Below are positions 61,601 to 64,000 of a DNA stretch of 64,000 nucleotides, piece by piece (the stretch's first letter is position 1; each line of letters begins with the position of its first letter). The position numbers were made by a program, and so were the translations under genes. The notes under the pieces are model-generated. The model did no database searches, was not told the DNA's origin, and was given only the letters and a program-made list of their open reading frames with translations. The DNA comes from Utricularia gibba (taxonomy: Eukaryota; Plantae; Magnoliophyta), in NCBI GenBank assembly GCA_002189035.1, contig CM007990.1:1-64000 (forward strand), written 5' to 3'.

Positions 61601-62227
61601 TTATTTCCCATCCACCTCTTCCTCTGCCGTCGCCGGCTGCAGCAGCAATGCGGTGAATGGAATTTGGCGGTACCCTAGGAACTCCGGGTGGACATGCGAC
61701 GGAGGACTATGGTGGTGGCACAGGTCCAGACGACAACTCGGATCGGTGTGAGGCAATTCAAACGAGTTACCCCCAATCCCATGGATTGGAGTCACTGAAT
61801 GAAGCGCAATCTGCATCAGGGGCATGGAGACCGGTGCGTGGACGGAGAGCACTGGACTGGAGGGCGGAAGCGTACTCGACGTAGATACTGCCTCCGACGG
61901 CAGGGAGCCGGTTCCGGTGGCCGCGATGATGGATTTCTCGGCGTGTTTCAGGAGCCATTCGATCGTCTCCCCGTCGGACCGGTGACCTAGCTCCCGAGTC
62001 AGTTGAAAGACGCGAGCGGCACAAAGCGCTGGCATCCGTACCCGACGTCCACGGCCGTTGACCTTGGTGTGGCGATCTTTGGTGGTGCTGGACTTGGTCC
62101 CCCTCGTCGTCTTCCGAGAAACGGCAAGCTTAGGTCTCGAGTTAGCGGGGCCCACATCGTGGCCGGAGGATGGTGGCGGAGGAACGTCGGGGCCGGCGAT
62201 TTGAACAAAGATATCTGAGGAAGTCAT
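61601..62227 (-). CDS. TCP11: Class I TCP transcription factor TCP11-like, 208 aa, intronless
   Basis: [44 protein letters not shown] and C-terminal FTALLLQ. Confidence 0.93.
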   Translation of the reverse strand: MTSSDIFVQIAGPDVPPPPSSGHDVGPANSRPKLAVSRKTTRGTKSSTTKDRHTKVNGRGRRVRMPALCAARVFQLTRELGHRSDGETIEWLLKHAEKSIIAATGTGSLPSEAVSTSSTLPPSSPVLSVHAPVSMPLMQIALHSVTPIHGIGGNSFELPHTDPSCRLDLCHHHSPPSHVHPEFLGYRQIPFTALLLQPATAEEEVDGK

Positions 62228-62255
62228 TGTTTGACCAACGTTGAACGGGGTTGAT

Positions 62256-62498
62256 TAGGGTTTGTAATTAGCAAGGAGTAGGACGTGTGCGTTTAGTTTA
62301 GTAGGGCCGGGCTGTGACGTGGGTTCCAGGGGCTTGGGGCCCACCACGGCCAGGGCCAATGTAATGATCCGATTCCTGCCATGCTATCGCGGTCCCACCA
62401 GACACAATCATGAGCCAGCAGTAATGACCTTAGCCCAACATCCTGAGCTGGTCCACCGGGCCCAACCATGTGTGAATCGTCGTCGGCCCAACTGGGCC
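62256..62498 (-). promoter_or_regulatory. TCP11 promoter: telo-box plus TCP-binding and site II cluster
   Basis: TAGGGTTT at 62256-62263, GGNCCCAC at 62337-62344 and 62391-62398, and GGCCCA/TGGGCC at 62459, 62485 and 62493. Confidence 0.55.
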
Positions 62499-63783
62499 CC
62501 CCCGCCACGCAGAAGAGAAGAGTCAGCGAACAACCAAGTTTTCGTGCGCGCCGTGCCCGTGTTCCAAGTTTCACACGCCGAGTCGTATTTTGGAGATGGT
62601 CTCCCTGATTTTTCATTTTCCACCGGCTGACTAATCATAGTGGGGTTTCCTCAATCATGGAGACCAACAGGAGGGGTTCTGTGGTGGTGGTGTTCAGATG
62701 AGGATGTTCCACTCGTGTGTTCGACGAAGCAAGAACATCCCTCGGAGTAAGTTCAACTCAAATGGTGCGTAGTTGCAAGATGGCTGAGTCAGAAAACAGC
62801 AGGGGGAGAGAGGCGCTTTGGTTCGTTTTGTCTTCTGGATTGTAACGAAATACACTTAACCGATTGTGTGTGTTTTGTTTGACCTCAGGCTTGATCGGGT
62901 GTTGTCCGGATCCAGACGGAGACAGAGACACGCAACCTAACCTAACCTACAAAAAAGTAAAGTAAACCCTGGGCTTTGTTAAAAGAAGACGCATCGATTA
63001 CAGATAATGTTTTGTAAATGGGAGTGACGTCATGACGTGCGTCATGGAATACATCTCTGGGATGCCATGCCACCACGTTGCCAAGTATGGTGCATGCATC
63101 CTTCCACAGTCGAGTCCAAGGGCAAGAACGAGAAACCAATGAAGATGAAGATTTTCAAAGCACGCCGTCGCGGCATGAAATAATCCAGTGGCAGCGGGGG
63201 ATCCCACCCCACATCCGCAGCCGCGCATGAAACGCGTGCGGTCGCCGCCTGTCCCATCGACGTTGCGGAAGCGACAACTTACGCCGTAGGGATTATTAGT
63301 TTAATGGCCTGGCCTCGTTAGTATCAATCCGACTTGGTTTCTTCTTGTCCCGGGACACGCAATTTTGAGAATATAATAAATAATAAAAGAGTCTTCTCTT
63401 TGTTGGTGGGCACCGGCAGTCATGGCCTGCATTCCCAACACAACCCCCGCTCGGTGAGAAATGTTTCACAATGCCCGCGTCTCGCCATGCCATGCCATCC
63501 ATTGGCTGGTGGTATAATTATACATACATCCATGAGACAGCAGCCAGCCGGGGCGGGGCGAGGAGGGAGGGGCCGGGGCCGTCCAAAGCCAACCACCCGC
63601 CCCGTACAGAACTGTGCGTGCTGCCTTTTGTCAATCCAGGTATTGAAGCCAAGCAACAGACGATATGAAAAACAAGTCCGCGTATGATGGTTCTGTTCTC
63701 ATTGGGATTACAATTACATTGCCCCCCTCAGTTTCTACCATACACATAAGTAGCAAAATAACCAGCACTGTCTTCTCTATTCC

Positions 63784-64000
63784 TCACATTATGTGACAAC
63801 CGTTGGGGTTCTCGTCGCTAAACATCTGGGGGTCCAAGTTGTTGTTCATGTACGTCGCCGTGGGGGGTGGAGGAACCGGACCTCCATGCACTGCCACTGG
63901 GTAACCCATACCCGGGTTGAAGTAACCCGGATACTGCTCTTGGTTAAAGTAACCGTAGTTGGGTTGCTGCAAGTACGTTGGAGGGGGCGGCGGTGGTGCA
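63784..64000 (-). CDS. 3' end of a heavy-metal-associated isoprenylated plant protein (HIPP), partial
   Basis: Pro/Tyr/Gly-rich tail ending PQMFSDENPNGCHIM*, the HIPP C-terminal motif with a CaaX prenylation signal. It runs off the window. Confidence 0.88.
   Translation of the reverse strand, partial: APPPPPPTYLQQPNYGYFNQEQYPGYFNPGMGYPVAVHGGPVPPPPTATYMNNNLDPQMFSDENPNGCHIM

Overview
This is the left end of a plant (eudicot) nuclear chromosome. About 1.13 kb of Arabidopsis-type telomere (CCCTAAA)n, interspersed with CCCTGAA/CCTGAA variants, is followed almost at once by very dense euchromatin with short introns. I count about 20 protein-coding loci plus tRNA-Arg(TCG). In order they are: small TM protein, LecRK pseudogene, TIC32-like SDR, MEE40-like PPR, small ORF, PLS-PPR, RPL23a, AFC1/TRM relic, tRNA-Arg, GPR107-like, CYP81, lambda GST, WRKY44-like, alpha/beta-hydrolase, IRX9, WD40, CCR2, small TM protein, LOG, ARF, ABCG (WBC30-like), OTU, TCP11 and the 3' end of a HIPP. 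The compactness and the TTCAGG(G)-type telomere variants suggest Lentibulariaceae such as Utricularia, but that is inference only. Highlights: (1) a chimeric relic joining the first exon of a LAMMER kinase (AFC1) to the last exon of a TRM/DUF4378 gene, with telomere repeats at the junction; (2) genes that stay in frame but have eroded key motifs (WRKY44-like, alpha/beta-hydrolase, CYP81 I-helix); (3) a duplicated 93-bp unit encoding a CLE-spaced R-x6-DPVHH motif; (4) recurrent 1-nt-short G/C homopolymers that break otherwise intact genes, most likely an assembly artefact. I found no CRISPR array, rRNA or intact transposon. All family assignments and Arabidopsis locus IDs come from my recall of sequences, not from a database search.
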